From a virus (taxonomy: Duplodnaviria; Caudoviricetes): a stretch of 35,836 nt of DNA. The stretch is taken from positions 1-35,836 of the IMG/VR virus record IMGVR_UViG_3300022844_000011. One strand, given 5' to 3'. Shown here piece by piece: positions 1-8,806 of the stretch (within the stretch, counting starts at the first letter, position 1; each line of letters opens with the position of its first letter). Made by a program: the position numbers and the translations under genes. Under the pieces are notes generated by a model. It searched no databases. It was given only the letters and a program-made list of their open reading frames with translations, and was not told where the DNA came from.

Positions 1-109
1 CAAGCAATAGGGCTTCTTTAGTTCCATCAATCACTAACTGAGCGTTAATAGCATCAACGTAATATTGGAGATCAAATGGCTTACCGTCTTTCCGCGCTTC
101 TATCTTCAT
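1..109 (-). CDS. Partial ORF running off the window (MKIEARKDGKPFDLQYYVDAINAQ...), probably the next head-module gene
   Basis: Manual translation; ATG at 109 (alternative 121), open to the window edge; same strand as the head genes. Confidence 0.45.
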   Translation of the reverse strand, partial: MKIEARKDGKPFDLQYYVDAINAQLVIDGTKEALLL

Positions 110-271
110 ACACTGTTCCATCGGTTATTGGGTGCAATCTTATGATCGCTTAGTGGAATCAGGCATCTGCATTGAGACACTTTACATCCAGACCTATGGT
201 ATCACAACTATTTTATAAGGACACCCCACAAAACACCCCAAAGAATTAGCACGAATTGGGTAAAATAGTTC

Positions 272-299
272 TTGCAAGAGCCATTTTGTATGCTATAAT
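272..299 (+). promoter_or_regulatory. sigma70-like promoter TTGCAA-16-TATAAT with extended -10 TG
   Basis: Direct motif; followed by AAGGAG RBS and ATG at 325. Confidence 0.75.
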
Positions 300-324
300 A
301 AACATACATTAAAAGGAGAGCAAA

Positions 325-558
325 ATGCCAAAGCCAACTATAAACTTTAACCACCCAATAGCCGATGAATACTTCTACTTATCACGCCATAACATAGGCA
401 CAGGTTTATCTACCATTGAGCAAGATGAGGTCTTAGCTAGTTACTACAGCGGCAATCTAACCAGCAACCCATCCCAAGTAGCCATAATGCAAAAGTCTCG
501 CTTTTATGCTCTTAAGCACGCGCTTATCCTAATGGGCACTAACGGGCAAGGTGGCTAA
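325..558 (+). CDS. Hypothetical protein (moron gene 1)
   Basis: 77 aa ORF with strong RBS and own promoter. Confidence 0.75.
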   Translation: MPKPTINFNHPIADEYFYLSRHNIGTGLSTIEQDEVLASYYSGNLTSNPSQVAIMQKSRFYALKHALILMGTNGQGG

Positions 559-569
559 TTTAATTTGAC

Positions 570-638
570 ATAATGTTTGCAATGGTAAACTTGTATGCTA
601 TAATAAACTTACACAAACAAAATAAAAGGTACTTGATA
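570..638 (+). promoter_or_regulatory. Repeated early-type promoter/leader cassette (TTGCAA-16-TATAAT with extended -10 TG ... AATAAAAGGTACTTGA)
   Basis: Near-identical copy at 20555-20621; partial copies at 15499-15566 and 20918-20935. Confidence 0.8.
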
Positions 639-917
639 ATGAAAACTACAACACTTGAAACGATGCCAAAATTTGTAATTGATAAGATTGCCGAATTAAC
701 CGATATAAACGAACACACGATGGCCCTCAGTTGCCTTTCAATGGAATTGAATAGCGGCAAAGCATTCGTGAGGCTGGCCAGCATAAACTGTGAACACATG
801 GACCACGGTCATTTGGCGGCAGAGCTTTACAATGAGCGGAACGAAATTAGAGCCGCGCTTTACACTGAAGCCAAAAACAAATACGCGAACTTTAACGAAA
901 TTGTCGCCGCATTTTAA
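639..917 (+). CDS. Hypothetical protein (moron gene 2)
   Basis: ORF 573-917 trimmed to ATG 639, which follows the AAAAGG leader. Confidence 0.75.
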   Translation: MKTTTLETMPKFVIDKIAELTDINEHTMALSCLSMELNSGKAFVRLASINCEHMDHGHLAAELYNERNEIRAALYTEAKNKYANFNEIVAAF

Positions 918-926
918 TTTGAACCC

Positions 927-950
927 GCCCCAGCGATGGGGCTTTTTTTT
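927..950 (+). terminator. Rho-independent terminator
   Basis: GCCCCA-gcga-TGGGGC followed by T8. Confidence 0.85.
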
Positions 951-953
951 GAA

Positions 954-1820
954 TCAAAAATCCTCGTAATCGTCTGGGTCAAACGTATCCTGCACATCAT
1001 CCCGCGTATCGGTGTATATGACTACACATCGGCAATTGCATACATTGACAGCACCGCCTCTAGGGTCTCCAGCGTAACCCATCATTCGTCCCCCTATGAT
1101 AAAGTCCTCATCCATTGATACCCGCTGTTCGTTAGCCATCCGATGAGTTTCCCTAGTTCTTCCATCCCCAGTAGATACCCACTGCTTGACCATGGCGACT
1201 CCGTAACTATCACTGACAGATTTGTGATAGCTTTGGTGGGCGAAACCTGCGGCGCTATGGGTCTCTGTTCTGGCGATTAAAGCGGCCCTTCGCCTGTTGA
1301 TTGGTTTAAATGTCTTTCTAAGATCAATGGCGATTTGCGCCAAAGTAGCATCAGCTAGACGTAACCGCTCTATAGATGCCAGTATTAACAAGCCCTGAGT
1401 CCGTGAAATGCTAGCGATAAAGCTCTCTCGGTTGACAAAATACAGCGCGATAGCCTCTTCAAACGCCATTGATCTACCAAAGAAAAAGGCATCCCCATCA
1501 GCCGCTTTGGATGATATAACTTGATAGGCTCGGTAGTTGTATTCGTAGATTGTTTTGAATACTCGGTTTAACTGGGCTTTGATTACTGCTGTTACTTCCG
1601 TAGTTACATCGCTCACTAGTACGGCTCCATCTACTTCTACGCCGCTTTCAACCTGATGGGCAACTATGTTAACGGTCTTGTTGAAACTCGTCTCTAGGCG
1701 TTTCTGGAAGCCCCTGCTTAGGTTGTCACGCATTCTGGCTTGCTGGACAGCATAGCGCCTCGCATTGATAGCGCCCTGCCTAAAACCGAATAACTCATTT
1801 GCCCCTTGACGCTTTGCCAC
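954..1820 (-). CDS. Phage head morphogenesis/minor head protein (SPP1 gp7 / Mu gpF family)
   Basis: RAALIARTET, KQWVSTGDGRTRETH and NCRC motifs; directly downstream of the portal gene. Confidence 0.92.
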   Translation of the reverse strand: MAKRQGANELFGFRQGAINARRYAVQQARMRDNLSRGFQKRLETSFNKTVNIVAHQVESGVEVDGAVLVSDVTTEVTAVIKAQLNRVFKTIYEYNYRAYQVISSKAADGDAFFFGRSMAFEEAIALYFVNRESFIASISRTQGLLILASIERLRLADATLAQIAIDLRKTFKPINRRRAALIARTETHSAAGFAHQSYHKSVSDSYGVAMVKQWVSTGDGRTRETHRMANEQRVSMDEDFIIGGRMMGYAGDPRGGAVNVCNCRCVVIYTDTRDDVQDTFDPDDYEDF

Positions 1821-1822
1821 GA

Positions 1823-3154
1823 TTACCCCTTTTTAGAGTCTGGGATACCCTCATCATCGTACACGCTGAAATCCTTACCATCGTCCGTGACTACAGCATC
1901 ATCGGGAAGCCCTTCATTCAGCGAGAATAGGCTGGCATTAACCATCAAGCCATCCGCCCCATCAATTTTGTTTAGACCAAGCAACTCTCTGGCCTCGTTC
2001 CTAGTCATAATGCCCTTATCCACCGCACCAATAACATTCTCATATATCCGCTTTCTACGTTCAGATAGGGCAGGTATTTCATCAGTATCAAATTTAAAGT
2101 AAGCACCCTCACCAAATTGAGGCATTAACCATTCGTTAATATCTGACTGCACCTTGATCAACATCGGGATAATGGTTTCTTCATAGAGTGCCAAACGAGC
2201 CTCTGCCACGTTAGCGTAAGTTTGAGCGTCAGGCACCCCCACTAATTGACTAGGCACTCCGAAGCACATCGCAATATCGGTGGCGCTTTGGTGTTTGAGG
2301 TTAATAAAGTCCATATCCTTGGGTGACAAGCCCATCTCTTTCCAATCAAAATCACCCTCAAGTAGCATGGGTCGCCCCGCATTATCCACCCCAGAAAAGC
2401 GATTGCTGATGTCCGTCATTAGCTGGGCTCTTTGCGCGTCAGTGAGATTAACCGCAAAGCCCTGATCATCCTTGGGCTTGAATATAATCGCACCTGATGG
2501 CCTAGCGCCATTATTCAATAGGTTGATGTTGTGCCTACTGGATAGGTTGTGCTGGTCCACTTCCACTGCGGCGGCGCTCAATGGTGACAAACCGTAAAAG
2601 TCGTCAAGCGGGTTCCATAGCTTAATATGCTTTACTTCACTGGAGCCTGTTATCTCGTCCACTGGGTAAAAAGCCTCAACTTTGCCGTTGATCTTATACT
2701 CGTATCCCTTGGGGATGGTTCCCTTGCCCGTTTTAATGCTCATACGGTCAGGCCGCAATAGATACAATTCGTTTGGCCCCCGATTAAGGCCCTGCCCCTC
2801 GGCCCCCAGCATATAGTTATTACCAGACAAGAGCAGGTAGCCAAACAGAGCGTTCATGTATTCGGAATAGCTTTGTAATGGATTAGGTCTATTTAACAAG
2901 GCAACGGCTGGATGGTTCTCTATTTCATTGCCGTCTTTGTCGCATATCTTGAAAGGCACCCCTGATGCACCCTTGGCAATCTCATTAACGCACCGATACA
3001 CGATGGCGTTCTGCATGTACCCTTCGGATGCCAGTGCTTGATAGCTGTACGTCTTGGCCCCGCTGTCCCCGCTACCAAAATAACCCACAATTGATGAATT
3101 CTTTTTCCCTACTGCGCTCGCTCTATTTTTCCTAAATCTATCAAATATGGCCAC
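1823..3154 (-). CDS. Phage portal protein, HK97 family
   Basis: VYRCV..IA, LLNRPNP, LLSGNNY, YGLSPL, NGARPSG, FGVPSQLVG and MTRNEARELLGL motifs. Confidence 0.95.
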   Translation of the reverse strand: MAIFDRFRKNRASAVGKKNSSIVGYFGSGDSGAKTYSYQALASEGYMQNAIVYRCVNEIAKGASGVPFKICDKDGNEIENHPAVALLNRPNPLQSYSEYMNALFGYLLLSGNNYMLGAEGQGLNRGPNELYLLRPDRMSIKTGKGTIPKGYEYKINGKVEAFYPVDEITGSSEVKHIKLWNPLDDFYGLSPLSAAAVEVDQHNLSSRHNINLLNNGARPSGAIIFKPKDDQGFAVNLTDAQRAQLMTDISNRFSGVDNAGRPMLLEGDFDWKEMGLSPKDMDFINLKHQSATDIAMCFGVPSQLVGVPDAQTYANVAEARLALYEETIIPMLIKVQSDINEWLMPQFGEGAYFKFDTDEIPALSERRKRIYENVIGAVDKGIMTRNEARELLGLNKIDGADGLMVNASLFSLNEGLPDDAVVTDDGKDFSVYDDEGIPDSKKG

Positions 3155-4483
3155 TTATGACACCCTCCAAGCTACATCTCCGCGAGACTTGCTTAATTCA
3201 GTTAATCCCCAAACTAGAGCATCTAGTCTATCGGGGGATGGTTTTGGTCTATCACCTGTATAGGTACACATCTGGCTCTCTAGCTCTGGATAAACACCCA
3301 TGTGATGAACTTTGCCTTGCTCATACAATGAGGCTATCGGCTCCGCTCTTAGCATCTTCCCTCTACTGGCATGAACTGATCTATAGCCCACACCTGTGTC
3401 AATTCCCCTGATAAGGCTCTCAACTAGGTCGCCCCCATTATTGACTTCTGCGACAATATAATTGGCTTGCCATAGATAGAAAAGCTCTACTGATAACCTT
3501 CCCCATTCAGCGGGGCTATAGACTCCTGATCTATCATCTAGCAGATAATACTTGTTCTGGGCGTCTTTGCCTACCACTACGATACCTGTTTCATCTGAGT
3601 CCGCGTTAGAAGTTACCGCTGGGTCAAGCGCAACGATGATTTTAGTGAACACCACATTGCACGTTTCGCTAACCTTGGTCGGGCGTACTTTAGGCAGTCT
3701 GGTGGCATCTATAATCTTAGCGTTCCAGAGCGCCCCCTCTAAATTGTCCAGTACCTCAGCATAAAGCTCTTGCCTACCTAGAGTGGTTCCATCATATCGC
3801 TCTTTGAGCATTGCCAGTGCTGATGGTGCTAAGTTGGCCTCATTCTCAAACGTGCTACCTGTCGTGACCACTACGTCCTTGCGGTCTAATAACATACGGA
3901 TAAGGGGTGTTGGCTTGGGGGTGGTGGTAATAATGCATTGGGGGTTATCCCCTAAGCGCAGAGCAAACATCAACTGATCAAAGGCCTCAGGGTATCTCCA
4001 TGCCGCCAATTCATCGCACCATGCTCTATGAAACTGCGGACCTCGCAATCTGTCAGGTTCGGTGGCTGAGAAGCCGTATATAATTGAACCGTTAAATAGG
4101 CGTATCTCTGATGCTGAGGCGTTATAGCCTTGACCCCTGCCTTTCAGCATACACTCCACTGGCATGGTTTTTAGTATCCCTGACACCCCGCCAAAGGCAA
4201 CACGCCTAATATCTCCGAAAGTTGGCGTTATCACTGCGACCTGTACGTTTGGGTTTCGCAACGCATAAAGCATAGCGTCAGCCGCACCCGTTCTAGTCTT
4301 GCCCCAACCCCTGCCCGCTAGGATTAACCATATATTCCAATCAGTGCCCGCTGGGGTTATCTGAGTTGGTCTAGCCGTACTGAGCCAATCAGTGTAGAGA
4401 CTTGCTACCGCCTTGTGACCTTGCGTTCGCAAGCTCGTCAAGTTGTTCCATAACTCTATTGAAGGCTTCTGGATTGCTGACAT
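3155..4483 (-). CDS. terL: Terminase large subunit
   Basis: Walker A AGRGWGKT, Walker B AWCDE, TTTP coupling motif, nuclease ALDPA and DRLDA motifs; start codon uncertain. Confidence 0.95.
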   Translation of the reverse strand: MSAIQKPSIELWNNLTSLRTQGHKAVASLYTDWLSTARPTQITPAGTDWNIWLILAGRGWGKTRTGAADAMLYALRNPNVQVAVITPTFGDIRRVAFGGVSGILKTMPVECMLKGRGQGYNASASEIRLFNGSIIYGFSATEPDRLRGPQFHRAWCDELAAWRYPEAFDQLMFALRLGDNPQCIITTTPKPTPLIRMLLDRKDVVVTTGSTFENEANLAPSALAMLKERYDGTTLGRQELYAEVLDNLEGALWNAKIIDATRLPKVRPTKVSETCNVVFTKIIVALDPAVTSNADSDETGIVVVGKDAQNKYYLLDDRSGVYSPAEWGRLSVELFYLWQANYIVAEVNNGGDLVESLIRGIDTGVGYRSVHASRGKMLRAEPIASLYEQGKVHHMGVYPELESQMCTYTGDRPKPSPDRLDALVWGLTELSKSRGDVAWRVS

Positions 4484-4958
4484 CGGCTGATACCTTTGAT
4501 ATTTCCTGAGCTTGGCCTAGTGCTAACTTGCCTAGCTTCTGCGCGTTTTGGGCAACGTGAGATGCCGCCTGTAATTCCTGAATGCTGAGGGCCTCTACAA
4601 AGGGAGCGCCCTCTGGGCCTTTTTCATCATCTTGTGCCCGCCTGAGCCTTTGCCCTACCCTGAATAGCATTGCTTGAGCTATCTGTATTGCGGTATCGTC
4701 TAGCCGCTTAGAATCAGATAGCATTCGCTCTATGCGCTGTTCATCCAGTGCTAGTTGAATCTCAGTCTGAATTTTACTTTTTTGGCCCTGCCAATTCTCA
4801 TCACCTGAGTGCCTATAAAGCGTTGTCGTGCCCACCCCATGCTTAATCGCTAAGAATTGCATTGTAGGATATTGCCTGACACCCTCAGAATCAGTAAACC
4901 CATGAACAAACTCGTCCCTAATAATTACCTTTAACACCTCCGTTAGTTTCACACTCAT
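4389..4958 (-). CDS. terS: Probable terminase small subunit
   Basis: N-terminal HTH-like segment (LAIKHGVGTTTLYRHS..ENW), helical body, immediately upstream of and overlapping terL. Confidence 0.7.
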   Translation of the reverse strand: MSVKLTEVLKVIIRDEFVHGFTDSEGVRQYPTMQFLAIKHGVGTTTLYRHSGDENWQGQKSKIQTEIQLALDEQRIERMLSDSKRLDDTAIQIAQAMLFRVGQRLRRAQDDEKGPEGAPFVEALSIQELQAASHVAQNAQKLGKLALGQAQEISKVSADVSNPEAFNRVMEQLDELANARSQGGSKSLH

Positions 4959-4961
4959 AGC

Positions 4962-5552
4962 TTAACCGCCCTCACTTTTTACCACTTTTTCCGCTTTTTC
5001 CGCGTCTTTAAACTCTTTCTTAATTCTAATCTGATGTTTAGTTACCCATGCCTTATTGTAATCCGTATTAGCAAATAGCTTAGAAAAGCCTGTTATATGC
5101 TTCAATCTGAGCAATTCGTCAGGTTCCATCCCTAGGTGATTACATACTTCCGCATCTTCCCATCCGTTGTCAAGCATGGAAAAAACCATATTGGACATTC
5201 CGCTAATTGAATGCTGTCCCCTAGCGCGGTTGTGTCTAACGGTTGCGGCCATCCTTTCGTTAATATCTTTCTTGATTACCACAATGGGAACCCGCCCTCC
5301 CGTTGATTCAAATATATCCTTATTATTCTTACAAATAAAGTATCTGTGGAAGCCATCAACAATCACGTATTTTTTCTTTTCCTCATCCCATATAGTAACA
5401 ATCGGTTGCGTGTAGCCGTCATGCTTAATTGAGGTATGGAGCAATTTCATCTCCTGTCCCGCGACTGAGTTAGGGTTGTAGTCGTTTGGTTCCACATCCT
5501 CTACCGATACCCATAGAACTTCACTAATTGGCTGGTCTGGTATATCACTCAT
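4962..5552 (-). CDS. ibrB: IbrB/YbdM-like ParB/Sulfiredoxin-domain protein
   Basis: PNDYNPN, DGYTQPIV, IVDGFHR and ATVRHNRARGQH motifs; paired with an IbrA-like gene. Confidence 0.85.
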   Translation of the reverse strand: MSDIPDQPISEVLWVSVEDVEPNDYNPNSVAGQEMKLLHTSIKHDGYTQPIVTIWDEEKKKYVIVDGFHRYFICKNNKDIFESTGGRVPIVVIKKDINERMAATVRHNRARGQHSISGMSNMVFSMLDNGWEDAEVCNHLGMEPDELLRLKHITGFSKLFANTDYNKAWVTKHQIRIKKEFKDAEKAEKVVKSEGG

Positions 5553-6723
5553 TCGGGGTGCCTCGCTGATGTGGCTTAATGAACCTTAGGTCGCGCTCTG
5601 GGCGGTTCCAGTTAATCTCTAATCCACGTTTGAATTTTAGAAAGTTTATTGTCTCTGGTCTCCCTAGGAAATTGGCTATCTTCGCAAACTCAAAGTCATT
5701 TGCCAGAATGCCAAGGATTTGGGACTTGTACATCTCATGTATATTGTTCATATCATGGAACTTGCTATCCATCCACACATGCTTTTTATCTAGCTTGGCC
5801 CTCACCTCATCGTCTTGGATAAGGTTTTCGCATAGGTGGTCTCGGTACTCCCGCCAATCTTTAAACATAAACGGCAATTCATTGGCCCTAAACATCTCGT
5901 TTTTCTTCATGTGTTTAGCTTGATTAATACCCTTGAGTCGCTTAGTAAGCGCATCCCATGTGTCACCCTCAATTTCATGCAGGTAAAATAACTGATCAAC
6001 CGCTGTCTCATGGTGAAGATTGCTAACCCGCATTTTGTAAGGTGATATGCCGTACCTATAAAACTCATCATAAACCTTGCAGTAATCCCAGCTATGATCA
6101 TGGATGGCTTTCCAGATGTCAGTGTAGCTCCAGTCATAGAGCGGATAGAAAACGTAGTGGCCCTGCTTTTCATCGTACACCTTGCCATAGGTAATATCTT
6201 GATAGGTTGCTCCGTTGGTTAAACCCGCTCTCCTATTCGGGCTTTCCTCGGCTCTGACACCCCCTAGGAGCGCAACCGATTTGCCTTTGTAATGCTTGGC
6301 TAGATACTTGGGGAACATATTATAAAATCGGTCAGTGCCATAATCATTAACCTTGATGCTGCAGGGGTCTTTCTCCCGCATGTGTTCCTCGTTTAAATCC
6401 CAGCAATTCAGCCACGGATATTCCATCGTAGTGGCGTTGAACAATTTGATAGGAACCTGCAACCAGTGGGGCGTAACCTCATCCCGATACATAACCTTTT
6501 TAACGTAGTCAACAACGGCTTTCCACTCAGCCTCTTGGTCTAGGAACATAACCGTCAAAGGCAATCTATTTTCTTGCCTAGCGACAATCAGTGCCATCTC
6601 AAGCGTTACGGTGCTGTCTTTGCCTCCGCTAAAGCTGACCACCACCTCGTCAAACTCTCGGAACAAAAAGGTAATGCGATCTAAAGCTTGGTCGTATACG
6701 TTATCTTTCAAAAATATTTTCAT
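5545..6723 (-). CDS. ibrA: IbrA/YbdN-like PAPS-reductase-family (PP-loop) protein
   Basis: SFSGGKDS PP-loop, FLDQEAE, GVRAEES..R, YPLYDW...DIW and MRVS motifs. Confidence 0.88.
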   Translation of the reverse strand: MKIFLKDNVYDQALDRITFLFREFDEVVVSFSGGKDSTVTLEMALIVARQENRLPLTVMFLDQEAEWKAVVDYVKKVMYRDEVTPHWLQVPIKLFNATTMEYPWLNCWDLNEEHMREKDPCSIKVNDYGTDRFYNMFPKYLAKHYKGKSVALLGGVRAEESPNRRAGLTNGATYQDITYGKVYDEKQGHYVFYPLYDWSYTDIWKAIHDHSWDYCKVYDEFYRYGISPYKMRVSNLHHETAVDQLFYLHEIEGDTWDALTKRLKGINQAKHMKKNEMFRANELPFMFKDWREYRDHLCENLIQDDEVRAKLDKKHVWMDSKFHDMNNIHEMYKSQILGILANDFEFAKIANFLGRPETINFLKFKRGLEINWNRPERDLRFIKPHQRGTPNE

Positions 6724-7235
6724 TGTTTAGTTATCTTTGTCGTAGCCGCAAATAAGATGCTTTTCTTTATGCAGTCCATAGGGTCAAGTAGCACATGCGA
6801 GTCAATAGATACCGCCACGTTCCATATTGCATCATTATTTTTATGCAATACCTGATGGGGAGAATGCGTGTCCAATATGTAAAACACTCCACGCTCAAGC
6901 AAGAGTTCATCCTTATTTATTCCTCGGACGACGATGCCATCATCAACGCGCACTTTTAGGTGATGAGAGTATCGCGGATAGGCGAAGTCAGTATGTAACG
7001 GAGTCCCTTTTCTCACCCCAATCCAATGGGGGTCGTTGGTTTTCACCTCCTTTCCTTTGGCATCCTTTGACCTTCCCCACGTCTGTAGTCTGTAACCCTT
7101 CGTCTTAAATATAACTTCAAGCTCGTCATTAGTCGGTATTTTGACCGAGCTAGGCATATCAATTTTAGCCGAGTAAACCACTGGGTTATCCCTTTGGCCC
7201 TCCTTTAGTGGCGCATCCCATTTCACGTCAGCCAT
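6720..7235 (-). CDS. Putative cupin-fold Fe(II) oxygenase (2OG-Fe(II)-like)
   Basis: PLHTD and DTHSPHQV give an HxD...H triad in a beta-rich region; start trimmed to ATG 7235 after GAGGA. Confidence 0.55.
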   Translation of the reverse strand: MADVKWDAPLKEGQRDNPVVYSAKIDMPSSVKIPTNDELEVIFKTKGYRLQTWGRSKDAKGKEVKTNDPHWIGVRKGTPLHTDFAYPRYSHHLKVRVDDGIVVRGINKDELLLERGVFYILDTHSPHQVLHKNNDAIWNVAVSIDSHVLLDPMDCIKKSILFAATTKITKQ

Positions 7236-7791
7236 CAATGCCATCCTCAAAAGTGAACGATTGCCTGTTGGTGCTAGCTCTCCTAGGGTCAATTATTGAT
7301 TTGCCAATTCTATGGTCTACCAAGCTAGGGCAGTGAATCCAATAGCGCTGTCTCGCTTTATTCAGGTAATCAGCCACCATTGAATCTAGTGGGTGCGATT
7401 TGTGACCTATATTGGCGTACTTTTTACTGTAGGCCAATATCCCGCGCGACATCTTTGGGGGAAAGTAAGTGCATTGCGCCATTAAGTATGAACGACCACT
7501 ATCGTATCGGCTCCCTTGCGATAAGTCGGCTTTCCTCATGCTGAAAAACTGGATTAAAGAATTTGGTCTTTCAGATACAACCTGCTCTAGTTTGGATTCA
7601 AAGTTTTTGGTTATCCAAATATCATCCTCTAAATTTACAACCGCATCCGAGCCCGACATTTCAAGCGACTTCAAGAAATTGCCCATAGCTCCAAGCTCGC
7701 TGTCATAACATACCTCAACGGATGGGATTATGGCTTTAACGTAGTCGGCGTAATGCTCCCGACCAGCGCAAGTCCTTAAAATATACCTCAA
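7228..7791 (-). CDS. Putative GT-A fold glycosyltransferase
   Basis: VVNLEDD motif and C-terminal PSLVDH motif typical of small phage glycosyltransferases. Confidence 0.65.
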   Translation of the reverse strand: MRYILRTCAGREHYADYVKAIIPSVEVCYDSELGAMGNFLKSLEMSGSDAVVNLEDDIWITKNFESKLEQVVSERPNSLIQFFSMRKADLSQGSRYDSGRSYLMAQCTYFPPKMSRGILAYSKKYANIGHKSHPLDSMVADYLNKARQRYWIHCPSLVDHRIGKSIIDPRRASTNRQSFTFEDGIDG

Positions 7792-8072
7792 AATAAAATT
7801 TTCCTGTTTATGATAACCGCATTGTCTGGATTTTTATCCATAACCCAGTATTTGAATCCACCATAATCAAAGCAGACGTAAGGCCATCCCCTAAACTTCT
7901 CAGTGACCCCATGCTTTCTTACTAAGTGAGCGCACCTAGTAAAAAGTTTGGCATCCTCCCAGTCTGTTTGACGAGTGTAGTAATGGGGGTTTTTTGGCAT
8001 CGTTTTAGCAAAAACCCATTCGTGCCGTTCAAGACAAGCCGACACAAACTCTTTCTCATCATATTCCGTCAA
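7788..8072 (-). CDS. Conserved-looking hypothetical protein (WVFAKTMP..PHYY motif)
   Basis: 94 aa aromatic-rich ORF overlapping both neighbours. Confidence 0.7.
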   Translation of the reverse strand: MTEYDEKEFVSACLERHEWVFAKTMPKNPHYYTRQTDWEDAKLFTRCAHLVRKHGVTEKFRGWPYVCFDYGGFKYWVMDKNPDNAVIINRKILF

Positions 8073-8637
8073 AGATGAAACTCTCCGCGCAATGGGGACA
8101 CATTACCTCCGTCCCTCTGGCAGAACGGTCGCCCGTCAGCCTATCCATATTGTCAGACATCGCTCCAGCCGTTTTATTTATGTCATCGGCAGTCACATCG
8201 GTATAGCTGGTTGATGGGGATAAGTTGGGCTTAAAATCCAAGTCAATTGAATCGTCAAAACCAATAAGGCCCAAATCAAAACCCGCCCCGCCAATCTCTT
8301 TTAGCTCCGCAAAATACAAAGCGCTATCCCACTCACTACCCTCCGCTAATTTATTGTCCGCAATGACGTACGCTTTTTTCTGCTCCTCACTCCATCCAGA
8401 GGCAACCACGCAAGGCACAAACTCCATCTCTAATCTTTGGGCGGCGTACAGTCGACCATGCCCCGCTAAGACCATAGCGTCCTCATCAATAATAATCGGG
8501 ACTGTAAAACCCCACTCACGGATGCTATTGGCTAGCTGGGTAATCTGGTCATTGGAATGGACGTTTGGATTTCTATCGTAGGGAATCAATTCGTGGACTA
8601 ACTTTTGAATCACTTCTGTGGCGTGAATCTTAGTCAT
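8059..8637 (-). CDS. ParB N-terminal domain protein with C-terminal CPHC motif
   Basis: PYDRNPNVH, SIREWGFTVPI, AGHGR..AA and IADNKLAE motifs; start could be 8679. Confidence 0.88.
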   Translation of the reverse strand: MTKIHATEVIQKLVHELIPYDRNPNVHSNDQITQLANSIREWGFTVPIIIDEDAMVLAGHGRLYAAQRLEMEFVPCVVASGWSEEQKKAYVIADNKLAEGSEWDSALYFAELKEIGGAGFDLGLIGFDDSIDLDFKPNLSPSTSYTDVTADDINKTAGAMSDNMDRLTGDRSARGTEVMCPHCAESFIFDGI

Positions 8638-8717
8638 TTGACTTTCTCGGTTGGTTGCCTGTCGTCTATTGTACCTCATGAGGAACCACCATTAAAGCCC
8701 GAAAAGCATAAAAACAA

Positions 8718-8730
8718 GCCCATTTAGTGC
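8718..8730. promoter_or_regulatory. Putative 13-bp operator GCCCATTTAGTGC
   Basis: Matches copies at 12297, 15486 and 16407. Confidence 0.55.
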
Positions 8731-8806
8731 AGATAATATTTATGCGGGTAAAACGATAGCGTTAGAATGCATTACATGAGAGTATGGATTGTTGTATCCC
8801 CTATTG

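Noticed and set aside
5545-6723. cysH auxiliary metabolic gene for sulfate assimilation
   Set aside because: IbrA-type motifs, IbrB partner and terminase-linked context; lacks the APS-reductase Cys cluster motif
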